A stretch of 64,000 nucleotides of DNA, taken from assembly GCF_009914755.1 (NCBI RefSeq), contig NC_060934.1; one strand, written 5' to 3'. Made by a program: the position numbers and the translations under genes. Source of the DNA: the human T2T-CHM13v2.0 reference genome, Homo sapiens. Under the pieces are notes generated by a model. It was not told the DNA's origin and did no database searches. It worked only from the letters and a program-made list of their open reading frames with translations. The first letter of the stretch is position 1; the number at the start of each line of letters is the position of its first letter. Positions 43,761 to 59,478 of the stretch are shown one piece after another.

Positions 43761-45140
43761 TCATTTTAGTCCTTTTCTCTTCTAGGTCATTTATGCCACA
43801 CTCAGTTATGAAGCCTAGGAAAGAAGAAAAAAGACCTACTATGTGCTAGTTCATGTGCTTGCAATGTATCCTCACAGAGACCCTCTGAGTGGGTTCTATG
43901 GTTTTTCCCCTTTTATAGGCTCAAAGGTTAATTCATCCATTCAAGGCCACACAGCTAATAGGTAGGAGGGTTCATACGTCTGACCTGCAACTTACTCTTT
44001 ACATTATACAAAGCTGCTGCTGCAGATGTTTCCAGCTAAAACTTATATCCCAAATTTGTTTTTCAGCGTATCCTGTGGCATACAGTTTTTATTCAAGGCT
44101 GGCTTGTATATATCATATTTATACAGCGACAAGAACTTTTGAAATACAAGTTAAGAACTTTAAGGAGAAAAAAACGTTCTTATTGGAAGCAAATGAAACA
44201 GAAATTCCAAGTTAAAGCCAAAAGTCATCCTGAACATGCTTTTATTCCAATGGTATTACTTAACAGCAAAGTGTTATATTACCCTTGAATTTCCTGCCTA
44301 AGCTAAGGGTAGGCCAGGCCCTTGATGCTGCTTAAATTGTTCCATGTATCCCAACTATATCACAAGCAATGCCATCACACTTGACTTGTGCCTGATCTCC
44401 AACTTGTCAGTTAGTCAAGAAGGAGGAAAGAATCTGTTTCCCGTGCACACACTGTAATTTTTTTTTCCAGTGTTGCTAAGCCTGCCAGAACAAAAGTAAA
44501 ACCACAAAACAAGATTTAGATCAGTGTCTTGATCACCCTGTTGCTATTTTACAGTTTTAGGAGGGTTGGACATCAAACACTTGAAACTGTCATCTACATA
44601 TTCCTTCTCAGAATAAGGAAGCACTGGCATGTACCCCTGCTAAATTATTCTCTACCCCCAAATGTTGGAAACTTTCTCTCCAGGAAAATGCTCTACAGAA
44701 GGCACGTTGAATTAATGGAGTTAGTTCTGAGAAAGGTTCTTACTGTCTAAGATGAACTGTCATATGCTGACTTCCGGCCAGGTGGACTCGACGCCTTAGC
44801 AGGAATGTTGCTTAGACATTTAGCTTTTTCTAATTTGTTTGCTATTATAAACAGTGCTTGAGAAACCTAAAGTACACCCCCACCTAAAATTACTATCACG
44901 TCGATTTGTTTATCTTCTTTATAATTGCTTATCCCAACTGAATGTTTCATAGCTTGCATGCTTGTTTATGTTCTACTTTCTTTCTCGGGATCATGACTTG
45001 GGCATGACACAAGTTACCTCTTCTATCTTGTTTATTACCACGTAGTAAGGACTCAGGAAATATTTTTGAATGAATGAGTATATCTTTCATGCACATGTAT
45101 TTTACTGTTGTACAATTATCTTCTTAAGATAAATCTTTTG

Positions 45141-45878
<738 letters not shown>

Positions 45879-48563
45879 ATGAATAAATTTGTTGAATTGC
45901 CATTCTTGGGCTAAGGGTAAGTGTGCATATTTTAAGCTGTGGTATATATTTTGAGACTGCCCTTCAGAAGAATGATGCCAATTTACATAAAAAACAACTA
46001 TAAGGGCATGAGAATACCCATTTCAATGGTAGGTTTTCTCAGTCTCTTTATTCTTTGTATTTGATAGGCAAAGACAAAGACACACACACAGACACATACA
46101 CACACACTTTACTGTTTTATTATTTTATGTGTGAATATTAATATAGTTGAAACTTAAGATTGAATATTGTTTTATATGTTTGGCATTTCTTCTTTTATAA
46201 GCAGGCTACATGTATCTTTTCCCATTTTTATGGGGCTCTTTACTTCCTTTTATTGATTTGTAGGAGCTCTGTGTATAGTAAAGGTATTAATTCGGTCCAT
46301 CATATCATTTGCAAATAATTTTTCTCCAGTTCTTTATTTCTGCGTAAATGTCATTTGTGATCTTTTGCCATAGGAAATTTAAAATTATATATTGTATCAA
46401 GATAATCTTTGGGTAAGAAAATTCCTCGTTCCAAGATTATGAAAGTATTCATCTGTGTTTTCACCGAGTACATTTCTGGCTTTGTTTGATGCATCTGTAT
46501 GTCGATAATAAGGAATCAGGTAAAGATATAACTGAATTGTTCTTCTTGCAAATCCATTATTTTATCATAATTTGTTATATAATCCATGCTTTCTATCGGT
46601 TATTTGAAATGTCATCTTTTCTTTATAATAAGTAACCATATTCTTAGGTCTATTTCACTGATCTGTCTATTCCAGCACCTAGGCCATGCTGTTTTACTTA
46701 CAGTGAAAGCTATTATACCAATCTATCTAGATGGTATTTGTTGCCATAAATCCTCGATTAGTGAGTCACCTCTGTGTTTGGGAATTAATGGATGATTGGA
46801 AAATTTTTAAGTTATATGTAATCATTAATTGGAAAGGCCGAGTGAGATCAAGAATTTTCTGTAAATGGGAATCGGCAAGTGTGTTAGAGGTAGCTCCCTA
46901 GAAGGACCAGAATGGTAGAAGGAGAACCATCACTTCTTGGCAGAGCAGGACACCTGGCACAGTGTCAGGCTTTGTACTTAGATCCAACGTATTTCCCCAC
47001 GCTAGATTCACTTAGCAACCAGTGTGTTGGATGGCAAGCTGGTGGGCTTTGCCCTCTTGATAGTGAATGCTGTCTCTGCCACCTACTAGGTGTGCGATCT
47101 TAGGTAAGTCACTTAACCAATCTGCATTCCGAGACTCATGGCAGCTATCCAATATGATTGTTATAAAGATTAAACAATACATTTAAATGCACTCTGAAAG
47201 TGATCATATTGAAATATTGATCGTCATTATTTTTACTTCTACTACTGTTGGGGAGGGATGCTTCCCTCCCATGTCTTCATGCTTGTGCCCATTCACCTGC
47301 CTCCTGGCCTTGCTGCTTCTCATGAGACAGAGTTCTCCAAGGAAGCGCTGCTATCAGGACAGTCAGACTCAGAGGCCACCTGTTGACCTCCTTTGATGAT
47401 GGATGGGATTGCTACTTGCAATGTGATGGACACTCCAGGAATCTCCCTTCTGATCCGCCTCTTTCGGGATACTGCTACTGCTGGCTTCCACAGTTAGGTC
47501 AGGGTTGTGCTCTACCTAACAAGCCTTCCTTCATCCTCTCTTTTTCCTCTAAAAACATTCTTAATGTGTTAGTACCATGATTTTTATTTTCTTGCAAGGG
47601 ATGTCTTGGTGGTGGATTAGGAGGTCTGTTTGGCCTTAAGTCTCAACCGCAGGCTCCAACGCAGCTTAACCAGCGAGCATCTGTTGGGGGCAATTGGGAA
47701 ATAACAATACAGTGGTAATTTGATTGCTATTCCTTCTGTGTTTTTCGACTCACTCCCCTTGTGTGTTATTACACACAATCAAACCTCATGGGAGGAGGAC
47801 CGATTGACAGGGGATTTGGGCATTCCTAGTTCTCCAGCACAAATACCATCCTGACCGTCAAACCCTCACCTCTCTAACCTCTGACCTCTATCAATGACCA
47901 ATCCTTAGCATGGATCAATTACTCCCATAAGGAGGATATTCTGCACAGTACCCATAGTAAGAGTTCATAATAACAAACCCATGTTTGTTATTATGATTGC
48001 TACTGCTTTTAGTTGCTACTGAGCATACAGAAAGCACAGAAGTGGTGTGCTCTGTGAAAGAGGGTAGCTCAGTGCCCAGGTCTCCATCATTGTAACCTTG
48101 GCCTTCTGCCTGACTCCTTGCCCTTCATATGGTCTTCTCTCTGGCCCCTCAGGCCTGGGACTGAATACCTGGCTCTCCCTTGATCATCTGCCGTCTGAAT
48201 CCAGCCCATTTTTAAACCAGTCCCTGCCTTTCCTTCTTGGGTTTGCCTGTGTGCCTCTGCCTTTTATCTCCATTTCTCAGGCAGCTTGCCCTGGTCAATA
48301 AAAGAAAGCTGAATGACTGTTCAAGGCATCCTGGGTCAGAACAGAAAGGTGAGAGCTTCAAGGCCATCAGGGAGTTCTGTGAGGTGCAGGCATGCTGTAA
48401 ATGGTAGGCCTGGGGACTCTGACAACTGCACGGCCTGCTCTTATTATAAGAAGGCTGCTGCAATCCTCAGGCAATGTCCAATCATTAGTTTAATGAGCAT
48501 TTACATTTATTGAATATGTGTGCCACATGCTGGGAATAAGAGGTGGGCAAGACAGACGTGATT

Positions 48564-48885
<322 letters not shown>

Positions 48886-50095
48886 CAGACATGATTCTTA
48901 GGAACTTAAGAATGATTCAAGGAACTTACAGTCCAATGAGAGAGACAAATGCCATCAAAACTAATGAATGAAATGACCCACTGTGGCCACTGCTGTCCAG
49001 GTAAAACAGGGTGCTGAGATCAAGACCCAAGGGGCTGGCATGGAGGCCCACTTTAGATTTGATATCAGGGATGGCCTGAATCTGAATCTCTTAATCCAGC
49101 TTTCAATATGAACAGTTTTTTCTCATCCCATAAATATTTGCAAAGATTCCCACCAGCTTTTCCTACATTTGTGAATTTTCTCATGACAAAAGAAAAAAAA
49201 ATCACATGAGTCAGAGAAACCTGAAAAATAAAGCGTCGCTGCTCCCAGTCATATTTTCCTCTTCTTTTGCCCTTTGACACCTTTTACTTGATTGCTTTTA
49301 GGCCTAGATTAATTTTGTCTGGCCTGAGACCCATGCTAATTTGCATGGCTATTCTGTATACGGGTCAGATGCACGAAGACAGCAGGCTAGCCTGAATTCA
49401 CAGACCGATTCACATCCATCAAGTGGCCCTGAGCTCAATGTACTCACTGCAGAAGAATGGAGGATAATGAAAAATCCTACCACGACCTAAAATCCTGACT
49501 CACCAGGGTTGCCCTGTGGTCAAGCTTATGGGTAAACCACTCCATCATCCTTATGTTCTACTTGTCAAACACTTGTGGGATTCCATTTTGGGCTTTGGAC
49601 ATGTAATTATGGTTCCATTGTTTCCAAAGCCAGACTTAAGCCTCAGATTATATAATTAATTGTGAGTGGGTGGAGTGCCTTCTTGTATTTTACACTCTCG
49701 TCTATGATGTTAACACAAATCCTTGTTTCGTTCCTTAATACCACATATTGCTGAGCCACACGACTACACAAAATGCACGTTAGTGTTGTCGTATTTGTTG
49801 ATGTTGTGAATGGGTGACTGGAAGACTTGCTTAAACTGGAAAGTCTGTTTTTTTCCTGTGTTTGTTGACATAGTCCACAATTCTTTTAGTCTCCAGAAGT
49901 GTCCGTTTATTCATTCATTCATTCAACAAATATTTATTTTAGGCCTATCATGCATGAGGAACTATGCTAAATGCAAGGTAAAAACCTTGGTCTCTAGCCT
50001 CAAAATCACATAACAAAGATGGTGCCCATCGTGAGATGCGATGTGGTGGGTTGCTGTATGTGAATCACCTGGACAGCATTCTAAAGTCATTAGTG

Positions 50096-50408
50096 AGCCA
50101 GGCACAGTGGCTCCCATCTGTAATCCCAATGCTTTGGAGGCCAAGGCATGAGGGTCACTTGAGGCCAGGAGTTTGAAATCAGCATGGGCAACATAGCAAG
50201 ACGCTGTCTCTACAAAACACTTTATTTTAAAATTAGCCAGGCATGGTGGCATGCACCTGTAGTCCCAGCTACTCAGGAGGCTGAGGCAGGAGGATAACTT
50301 GAACCCAGGAGTTTGAGGCTGCAGTGAGCTGTCATCATACCACTACACTCCAGCCTGGGTGACAAAGTGAGACCCTATCTATAAATAATAACAATAATAA
50401 TAATAAAA
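50096..50408 (+). mobile_element. Alu (AluJ-like) inserted in a MER5-like element
   Basis: Dimer with (AAT)n tail; AAAGTCAT on both flanks; MER5-type motifs GAATCACCTGG and GAGATTCTGATT either side. Confidence 0.9.
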
Positions 50409-50750
50409 GTCATATATGCCTGCCCATCCCACCCCAAACTCATCATCTGAGATTCTGATTTGACAGGTCCAGAGGGAAGTCCTGGCATGTGGATTTTGAA
50501 AAAACTGTAATCAGAATTACATCCTTGGGTTATGAACCACAGGTCTAGTCGTCTTCCCAGAACTCTGCAGAACTCAGCTGCTTGCTGGGGATGTATAGCC
50601 ATGAGCTTCTTTGAACCAAGCTGGACAGTCAGAAGGCTGACAGTGCCTGAGTTGGGCTGGTGGTAATCCTGGGCTCCCGGCCTTGAGAACCTGCCCTGTG
50701 TGAGAGACTGGGCCCAGTCCTAGGGTCAGGCCTGCTCTGGTCACCTATTC

Positions 50751-51166
50751 TGATACAGTTTCGATCTTTGTGTCCACCAAATCTCATGTTGAAATATGAT
50801 CCCCAGTGTTGGAGGTGGGGCCTGGTGGGAGGTGTTTGGGTCATGGGAACAGATCCCTTATGAATGTCTTGGTACTGCCCTTGCGGTAATGAGTGAGTTC
50901 TTGCTTTGTTAGTTTCTGTGAGATCTGATTGTTACAAAGGGCCTGGCAGCTCCCTCCCCTCTGTCTCTTGCTCTCTGTCACCATGTGACACACCAGCTCC
51001 CCTTTCTCTTCTGCCAGGATTGGATGCTCCACGAAGCCCTCACCAGAACAGATGCTGGCACCATGCTTCCTGTACAGCCCACAAACTGCAAGCCAAATAA
51101 ACTTCTTTTCCTTGTAAATTACCCAGCTTCAGTATTCCTTTATAGCAATGCAAACAGACTAGTACA
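50751..51166 (+). mobile_element. MST (MaLR) solo LTR
   Basis: TGATACAGTTT...AAATCTCATGTTGAAAT...CCAAATAAACTT...GACTAGTACA. Confidence 0.9.
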
Positions 51167-51879
51167 ATTCCCACGCCAACTCTAGACAGGAGCATCTTTG
51201 CTGTTCTTCATCCTGGGCTGTTTTGGGCCCCCTATGCTCAACTTACCTGACCTCTGAACTTAACTCATGACCTTTACTTTGGCCTCTAAAACCTCACCTT
51301 CTGGTGTTGTCTCTGCAGTGACACCTCATGTGTCTCTTGTTCTCCTTCTTAGCCAAGTGAGCCCAGGCCATAGATGTCAGACACTGGGCTGAGCAGTTAC
51401 TTTTCTGTGGGACCCGGTGTGGGGAGTTGACAAAGCAGTCAGAAAAGTAGCATTTAGGAAAGTGTTGAATCCCAAAGGAGGGGATGGATGGGAGGGCTCA
51501 GCTACCCCAAGGGGCTGGACAGAGTGGGAGAACTCACATGGTGTCCCAGACAAAGAGAAAGCACCTTCTCCGGCGACAGAGGAGGGCCAAATTAGACAGT
51601 GGGGAGAGTAGGGGGTTCTTTGCATCAAGTGCTCACAGGGGGTGGGAGGGGGCGCAACAGGACAGCGAAAGTCCTGAGCAGAAAGTCCATCTCAGAAGGG
51701 ACGCAGCCCTGCCTGCAGCTGCCTCTCCAGCTTGCTCTCCATGAGAGCTGCGCCCTCGCTGCCATCCTCCTCCAAGTCCCTGTCCGGATCCATTCGGCTT
51801 GGCCCTGTCCTGGAGTGCACAGGAGGAAGCTCCGGTGACCCCTAGAAGCATCCCCAGGAGCAGTGCCAAAAGACCACTA

Positions 51880-52619
51880 TTTTTTCCTTTTTTTTTTTTT
51901 TAATTTACTTTAATTTCCAGGATACATGTGCAGAACGTGCAGGTTTGTTACATAGGTATACATGTGCCATAGTGGTTTGCTGCACCTATTGACCCGTCCT
52001 CTAAGTTCCCTCCCCTCGCCCCCCACCCCCCAACAGACCCTGTTTGTGTGTTGCTCCCTTCCCTGTGTCCATGTGTTCTCATTGTTTAACTCCCACTTAT
52101 GAGTGAGAACATGTGGTGTTTGGTTTTCTGTTCCTGTGTTAGTTTGCTGAGAATGATGGCTTCCAGCTTCATCCATGTCCTTCCAAAGAATATGATCTCA
52201 TTTCTTTTTATGGCTGCATAGCATTCCATGGTGTATATGTACCACATTTTCTTTATCCAGTCTATCATTGATGGGCGTTTGGGTTGGTTCCAAGTCTTTG
52301 CTATTGTAAATAATGCTACAATAAACATACATGTTCATGTGTCTTTATTGTAGAATGATTTATATTCCTTTGGGTATATACCCAGTAATGGGATTGCTGG
52401 GTCAAATGGCATGTCTGGTTCTAGATCCTTGAGGAATTGCCATACTGTCTTCCACAGTGGTTGAACTAATTTACATTCCCACCAACAGTGTAAAAGCATT
52501 CCTATTTTTCCAAAATAATTGCCATTCTGTCTGGAGTGAGATGGTATCTCATTGTGGTTTTGATTTGCATTTCTCTAATGATCAGTGATGATGAGCTGTT
52601 TTTCACATGTTTGTTGACT
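51880..52619 (-). mobile_element. L1PA8-like 3' fragment
   Basis: Poly-T, L1 3'UTR (CCGTCCTCTAAGTTCCCTCCCCTC) and ORF2 C-terminus (ORF 52086-52328). Confidence 0.9.
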
Positions 52620-54021
52620 GGCCCTGCTTTACCTCATGCAAAGGCCATCACCAGCTTGTGAATTCTGGTTCTTTTTTTAAAAATGTCTATTGTCAAGTCT
52701 ATGATTTCAGATATGATATTCTGCCTGCACATGGCCCATATTGGTGACAAATCAGAGAAGGTATTTTCATGTATAGCATTTGGCCCAACCAACCCAGGTT
52801 TAGGTACCATCAGTCTCTTGAATGTATAAACAGACTGAATTCATAAACCCCTACTGAAACTAACATGCTTTGTAAGTAGAAAACAAAATCAGGATCATGA
52901 ATTGGCTGGTTTTATTTTTTCTAGTGGCTATTTGCTGATTCTTGGCCTTAAATGATAACATCTTTTTTTTGCATGTCATTTGATCATTCATTCGTTCAGC
53001 TTTCACCAAACACTTGTTATGTGGGATTTCCTGTGACGCTTTACAAGCTGGCCCCAAACTGTGCCTCCAGCCTGGTCTCCCACACATCCCTGTCATGTCC
53101 CTGCACCCACCTAGCACATTTAATCTCTGGCACACCTGCAGTATACGGATGAATAAGACATGGTCCCTGTCCCTCAACTTCTTGCAGTCTGGAGACAGTA
53201 ACAGCCAGGCATCGGTCTTTTTGAGATAATAAAGCGTATGGTGACATTTGACCTAGGTCTTGAAGGACACAGAGCAGGTAAGCGACAGGTGTAAAGCCCT
53301 GAGTTGGTGAGCGGGGAGGTCAGGGAGATCAAGGAGGGAGTGCCTGCCTCATGGGGACTAACTGGCAAGAAGTGGGGCTGGAGAGACAGCTCCCCGCCCA
53401 GGCCTGCCTAAGTGCTCTGTGATCAGCTGTTAGAGGTCCTAGTTACTGCCTGTGACATTCCTGCCATGCTGCCTCTTCAATGTGCCCAGATTCCCAGGTC
53501 ACACTCCTTCAGCCACCTTTCATGACTTGCTGCTAAGGTGGAAGGGAAAACCCAGAACTTTGTTCTTGGGGGGTAGCGAGGGAGTTGCCAAAGGCTGTTT
53601 ATTTGTCTTCCTTTTGACTTTCAATCAAACCACATGTAACTGCTCCCTGGATCCCTGCTCAGGTGTGCAGCAGACCTTGCTGTGCACGAGTCTCATGCCT
53701 GGCGTGGACTAGCCTCGCCAGAGACTCCTGTCTGAGCCCTCAAAAAAGTCTGCAGCACACGTCTAAAAATAGGTAAGCGAAGAAGCCCAGACTCAGGGAG
53801 AAATGCTCTTACCAGGCCCCAGAAAAGCCAGCTGTATCAAGTTCAGGCCTCTTCCCCGCCAAGCCACAGGGTCGTGAGAGACTTCCCATCTTGGCTTTCG
53901 GAGTTGGGAAAGGAGGGGAGGAAGTGGAGAGGCAGGATGTGGTGGAGGGGCTGCGTGCTGCCTGCAGGGCTGGAGTCTCAAAGCAGGAATCCTCCGAAGG
54001 ACGTTTTGAACAGCCGGTTAG

Positions 54022-54032
54022 GCGCACATGCG

Positions 54033-54067
<35 letters not shown>

Positions 54068-54086
54068 GCACGCACGCGCACGTGCA
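54022..54086. repeat. (CA)n/(CACG)n compound microsatellite
   Basis: 65 bp of uninterrupted purine-pyrimidine alternation. Confidence 0.95.
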
Positions 54087-55104
54087 GAGCCCCCAAACAG
54101 CCTATTGGCTTTGGTTTCCTTCAGTGAAATCTGGGATCAAGAATAATCTCATCTGGGGTGGCCAGCCACTCTGGACTCACGGTTTCCAGGGTCTTCTGAG
54201 TATATACAACCATCCTCCAGACTGCAAAAAACACGATATTTACTCTGACAAAGCCACAAGAGCCCCAGGTTTATGTCCATGAAAGATCAGACAGAATCCA
54301 GAGCAGCGACTCATCAGTGGTGACTGACAACCTGATGTGCAACTAATGTGTGAGTCCCTTTTCTGACCCTTCTGTGTCAGTATGTCTTTCCTCTGCCCTT
54401 CCATCTGTTTAGTGGGTCCACTGTGGGGTGAGACAGTTTTGTTGCAGGGGACTTGGGTCCAGCTGGCTGGAATTATCATAGGTTTCATTCCTGATTTGGT
54501 GTGTTCTAGGATGGAAAAGACACTTCCTCTTTGCTTCTGACCTCTTTCCAGAACAAATAAAAACACACACCAAAAAGCCACTCCCGGGAAGATGAAACAA
54601 CATAGTCACCCCTGGATCCCCAGGGGCAACTTCAGAGGGCTTCCATTAGCAGGGTGGATGAGCTATTTTCCCAGGATATTAAATGTGAGAAGCTTTGAGC
54701 ATGTATCTGGTGAGTCACACCAGTGTTTTAGAGTCTGACAAGGATCGTTACTGAAATACATAATGCAACCATCATCAGCATATGGGGACTCATACATTGT
54801 AGAGATACTGATCTGCTCTACCCTTTTAAGTCTTCATGCAACTAAAGGGGAAGATCCCCTCAAATAGGTTGTTCTCTTTCCTAACCCTAAGAAGAGTCTT
54901 TCTTTAAAATAAGTTCTCCTGTATGACTGTAAGATAGGATTGATGGGAAAGGAAGGGACAAGGAATTAGTATTTTCTGAGTGACTACTGGATTCCAGCTC
55001 ATGAATGGCCAGGGAAATGGCATTCTCACCTGAGCAGGGCTCCTCCATTAGACTAGTGTAGGAAGCCCAAGGGGAGGATGGCACATGGTTAGGACTCGCC
55101 CAGG

Positions 55105-55557
55105 GACCAGGCACAGTGGCTCAGGTCTGTAATCATAACAACTTTGGGAGGCTGAGGCAGAAGAATTATATGAGCCTAGGAGTTCGAGACCAGCCTGGGC
55201 AACATAGTGAGACCCTGCTTCTACAAAAAATAGAAACTAGCTGGGCGTGGTGGCACATGCCTGTAGTCCCGTTACTTGTGGGGCTGAAGTGGAAGGATCA
55301 TTTGAGCCCAGGAGGTAGAGACTGCAGTGAGCAGTGATAACACCATTGTGCTCCAGCTTGGGTGACAGAGTGAGATCCTGTTTCAAAAGAAAAAAAAAAA
55401 AAAGCTCGGGGTAGTGGTAGTGGCTCATGCCTATAATCCCAGCACTTTGAGAGGCCAAGGCAGAAGGATCACTTGAGTTCAGGAGTTCAGGAGACCAGCC
55501 TGGGCATCATGGTGAGACCTCATCTCTAAAAAAAAAAAAAAGAAAAAAAAAAAAAAA
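55105..55557 (+). mobile_element. AluJ-like dimer followed by a left monomer (FLAM-like)
   Basis: Dimer at 55105-55403, then a monomer to 55557 with a long A tail. Confidence 0.88.
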
Positions 55558-55674
55558 GACAAGCCTAAAGTCACACCGCCCAGTTCATATTCTAATTCTG
55601 TCACCTACAAGCAATGTGGCTTTGGGAAAATTGTTTAATCTCTTTGCAACTCAATGTCCTCACTAAAATGGGAG

Positions 55675-56350
55675 AATTGAATGGAGATTTCTCAAAACTA
55701 AAAATAGGACTACCATTCAATCCAGCAATCCCACTACTGGGTATCTACCAAGAGGAAAAGAAATCAATATAACAAATAAATACCTGCACTTGCATGTTTA
55801 TTGCAGCACTATTCAATACCACAAAGACATCAAATCAACCTAAGAGCCCATCTTTGGACAAATGGATAAAGAAAATGTGCTGTATATATACATAATGGAA
55901 TATTATTCAGCCATAAAAAAGAATGAAATCCTGACATTTGCAGCAACATGGCTGGAAGTGAAGGTCATTATCTTAAGTGAAATAAGCCAGTCACAAAAAG
56001 ATTAATACCACATATTCTCACTGACACGTGGGAGCTAAAAAATCTGATCACATGGAGATAGAGAATGAAAAGATGGAGAACAGAGACCAGGTGGGGTGAG
56101 TGGCAGGGTCAGGGAGAGGTTGAAGAGAAGTGGGCTAAAGGCTACAAGCCTACAGTTAGATAGAAGGAGTAAATCCAGCATTTGATAGCAGTAGAGTAGG
56201 GTGGCTATAGTTTAACAAAAGTATATTATACTTGGGCGATGGACACCCTAAACACCCTGTCTTGATCACTCCACATTATATACATGTAACAAAATTTCAC
56301 ATGTACCCCACAAATGTGTACACATAATGTAAAAAATTAAAAAAATAAGA
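55675..56350 (+). mobile_element. L1MA-like 3' fragment inserted into a MIR
   Basis: L1 ORF2 end and 3'UTR motifs; TAAAATGGGAG at 55664-55674 and 56351-56361; MIR halves on both sides. Confidence 0.85.
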
Positions 56351-57013
56351 TAAAATGGGAGGACTGAATTCCCTGTCCCATGGGTTCCTGTGAATTGAAT
56401 GAGCTCACACACTAGGACTTGGCACAGTGCCTGGCATAGAATAAGTGCTCAATGAATGCTAACTTCCCCTCCTGCTGTCAGCATCATTTACAACCAATAG
56501 ACCTGAAAACGTCTGATGTTAATTAAACACCTTGATTCATTTGGAAAGATTGATCTGGCATTAATCGGAACTACTGTACAAAAACGATGACTTCTTTGGA
56601 TGCATATTTTTTGGGAAAAGGCCCAAAGTGTGGGCCATAAAATAAACCGAGAGTTTGCCTTTTGGGAGCGTAGAAACATGTCACGAGTTCTAACACTTCC
56701 ACACTCATAGAACTAAAGCCTCCCAAGTAGGAAAAAACTCCACTTCCAGAGGGTACTTAACTCTCTATTCGGACCAAGCTATTACTTGAAGCTTCTCCCT
56801 TTTATTTCAGAAACTTCTTGCATTTATTTGATTTGGTTCTAAAGACGTGAAGTGTTATGGAATAAATTTGCTTACGGTGATGGATGGGCATTTTCACAAC
56901 CCAGGGCCTTGCTTCTAAAGCATTTTTATGACCACTTGATATCACCAAACAGTGAAACAGCATAGGACACCAATCAATGAGGTGCATATTCTTCTCAGGT
57001 GGCAGAGAGATTA

Positions 57014-57337
<324 letters not shown>

Positions 57338-59046
57338 CCTGCTCAGCAAACCAGTGACAGGCAAATTGAGATGCCATTGGGCCACACTCCTTCACACAGA
57401 GGTCAAAGGAAGGAGCTGGCCATCCTCTGCCCATAGGTCTTTAATTAGAAACAGAGGAAGTCAGGATTTTTTATCCACTTGAGAAAAACATGAAACTTTA
57501 CCAGCTAAATTGAAGAATCCCTGTTACTAAAAGTCTGTGTCATTGCACTTTGGGAGGGCGGGCCCAGTGGCACACATGTGTGACGTGGCTGTCCAGTCAC
57601 ACTGGTTGTGAAGAGTAGGAGCTACTGGAGAACCATGATGCATGACGCAGAAGATCAGGGGCAGGGCCCTGGCCATGTCTTTCTCAGCCGTCCTGGGAGC
57701 TTTCAGGATGGTCATCCTTCTTCTGTTCTTTCCTCCTAAGGCAAAAAATTTATACCACTTTTTTTTTTCCCAATCCAGATGCAAAACCAAAAACTCAAAT
57801 CCAACTGTTCTCAGTCAAGTGAAAGCATTCCAAGACCTCAGAAATGCTCACTCACCAAAGACCATTTTCCTGACTTGTAATTTGGTCAGTTATCACTGGT
57901 TTTAGGAAGGTTCCGGGTGGTCCAGTTTCCTCTGGGAACTCCGTAGGTTTCATGGTTTCTGTTTCCAGAGTTTTCTGCTTGCCTAGGAGTTCCAGGGCAA
58001 CTGAACTTGCTGAGAAGGTGAGCACCCACCGCTCAGCTGCAGAAGGTCGTTTGGAAAACCTAATTAGAGTTCCTCCCCCTTTTTTTAACACCAGGAGTTG
58101 GCCCTGGCAGGCCTGTGTGGAGGTGGAGGCGATTACATTTTGATCCCTAGTATATCTGCCTTAGAAAGATGCTGGACTTAAAATTTCAAACCATTTCATA
58201 ATGATTTATACATTTTTTAATAAGTGCCATTAGATCTCCTTCCACCTTTCAGGTGTCAGAACTGCTAAGCCTCATACAGCTTCTTCCCTAAGGGCCCAAG
58301 TAGGTTGTTAGTTGGGTGGGTTGAGTCTCTGATTCCTGCATACTTTAATGCGTTCTTCTAATTTGAAGTATGCAAACTAGGTTTGCTCCCTTCGGAACAA
58401 TCCCATGCAATTTGGTTGAGGAGCTGAGCACATTTCACAGCAAGAAAATAGGGACCGTCCAAAAGGGATAGAAATTGCTCAAATGAACAATTTGCATTTA
58501 CTCTCCTCCTGGGGAAAAATATATTGAAAAACATCTGTTGTGAAAGTTAAGGTATAATCTTCAACTCCTCCAACTTTCTCTGTCCTTGTTTTGTACAGCA
58601 CAGCACTAACTAAAGGCAACGTGGTTTTTTTTTTGTTTTGTTTTTTGTTTAAAAAAAAAGAAAAAAGAAGCACACACAGAGAGGCTAATTCACCATAAAT
58701 GGTCCAGGCCACCACTGTGGAGATTGAGAATGTGAAAGTGAAAAGCAGGCCAGTCAGCTTGTAGAACAAGTCAGTGGAGGGTTCCTCTGACAATGGAACT
58801 GGTTGAGAAGTGTCAGCGATCACACCTGGGCATCCCAGGGCTGTCCCCTACCCAGAGAAGGCCATTATCCTGCTCTCTGTAATAATAAACCTCAGAAAGC
58901 ACAGCCTGGTTGTCTAAATGAGCAGGAATCTTTTCACACATTTCCACCCCAGTCTAATATTTCTCCTTTCAGAGGTAAGAAGAACCTGTATTCATTGAAG
59001 CTAAGAAGAAGATAGTTTTTTTTCAACTATATATATACATATATAA

Positions 59047-59338
<292 letters not shown>

Positions 59339-59339
59339 T

Positions 59340-59478
59340 AAAAAATATATATTGAAGGAGCACAAGGGCAGATTTCTTACATTCATATATTGTGTAATGA
59401 AGTAACGAAGTCTGGACTTTTAGTGTATCCATCCCACCTGAATAGTGAACATTGTACCCAACAGGTAATTTGTCAACC
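59340..59478 (-). mobile_element. L1 (L1PB/L1MA-like) 3' end fragment
   Basis: GAAGTCTGGACTTTTAGTGTATCCATC...GAATAGTGAACATTGTACCCAACAGGTAATT. Confidence 0.65.

Noticed and set aside
58624-58668. T tract abutting an A tract (quasi-palindrome)
   Set aside because: Low complexity and common in mammalian DNA.
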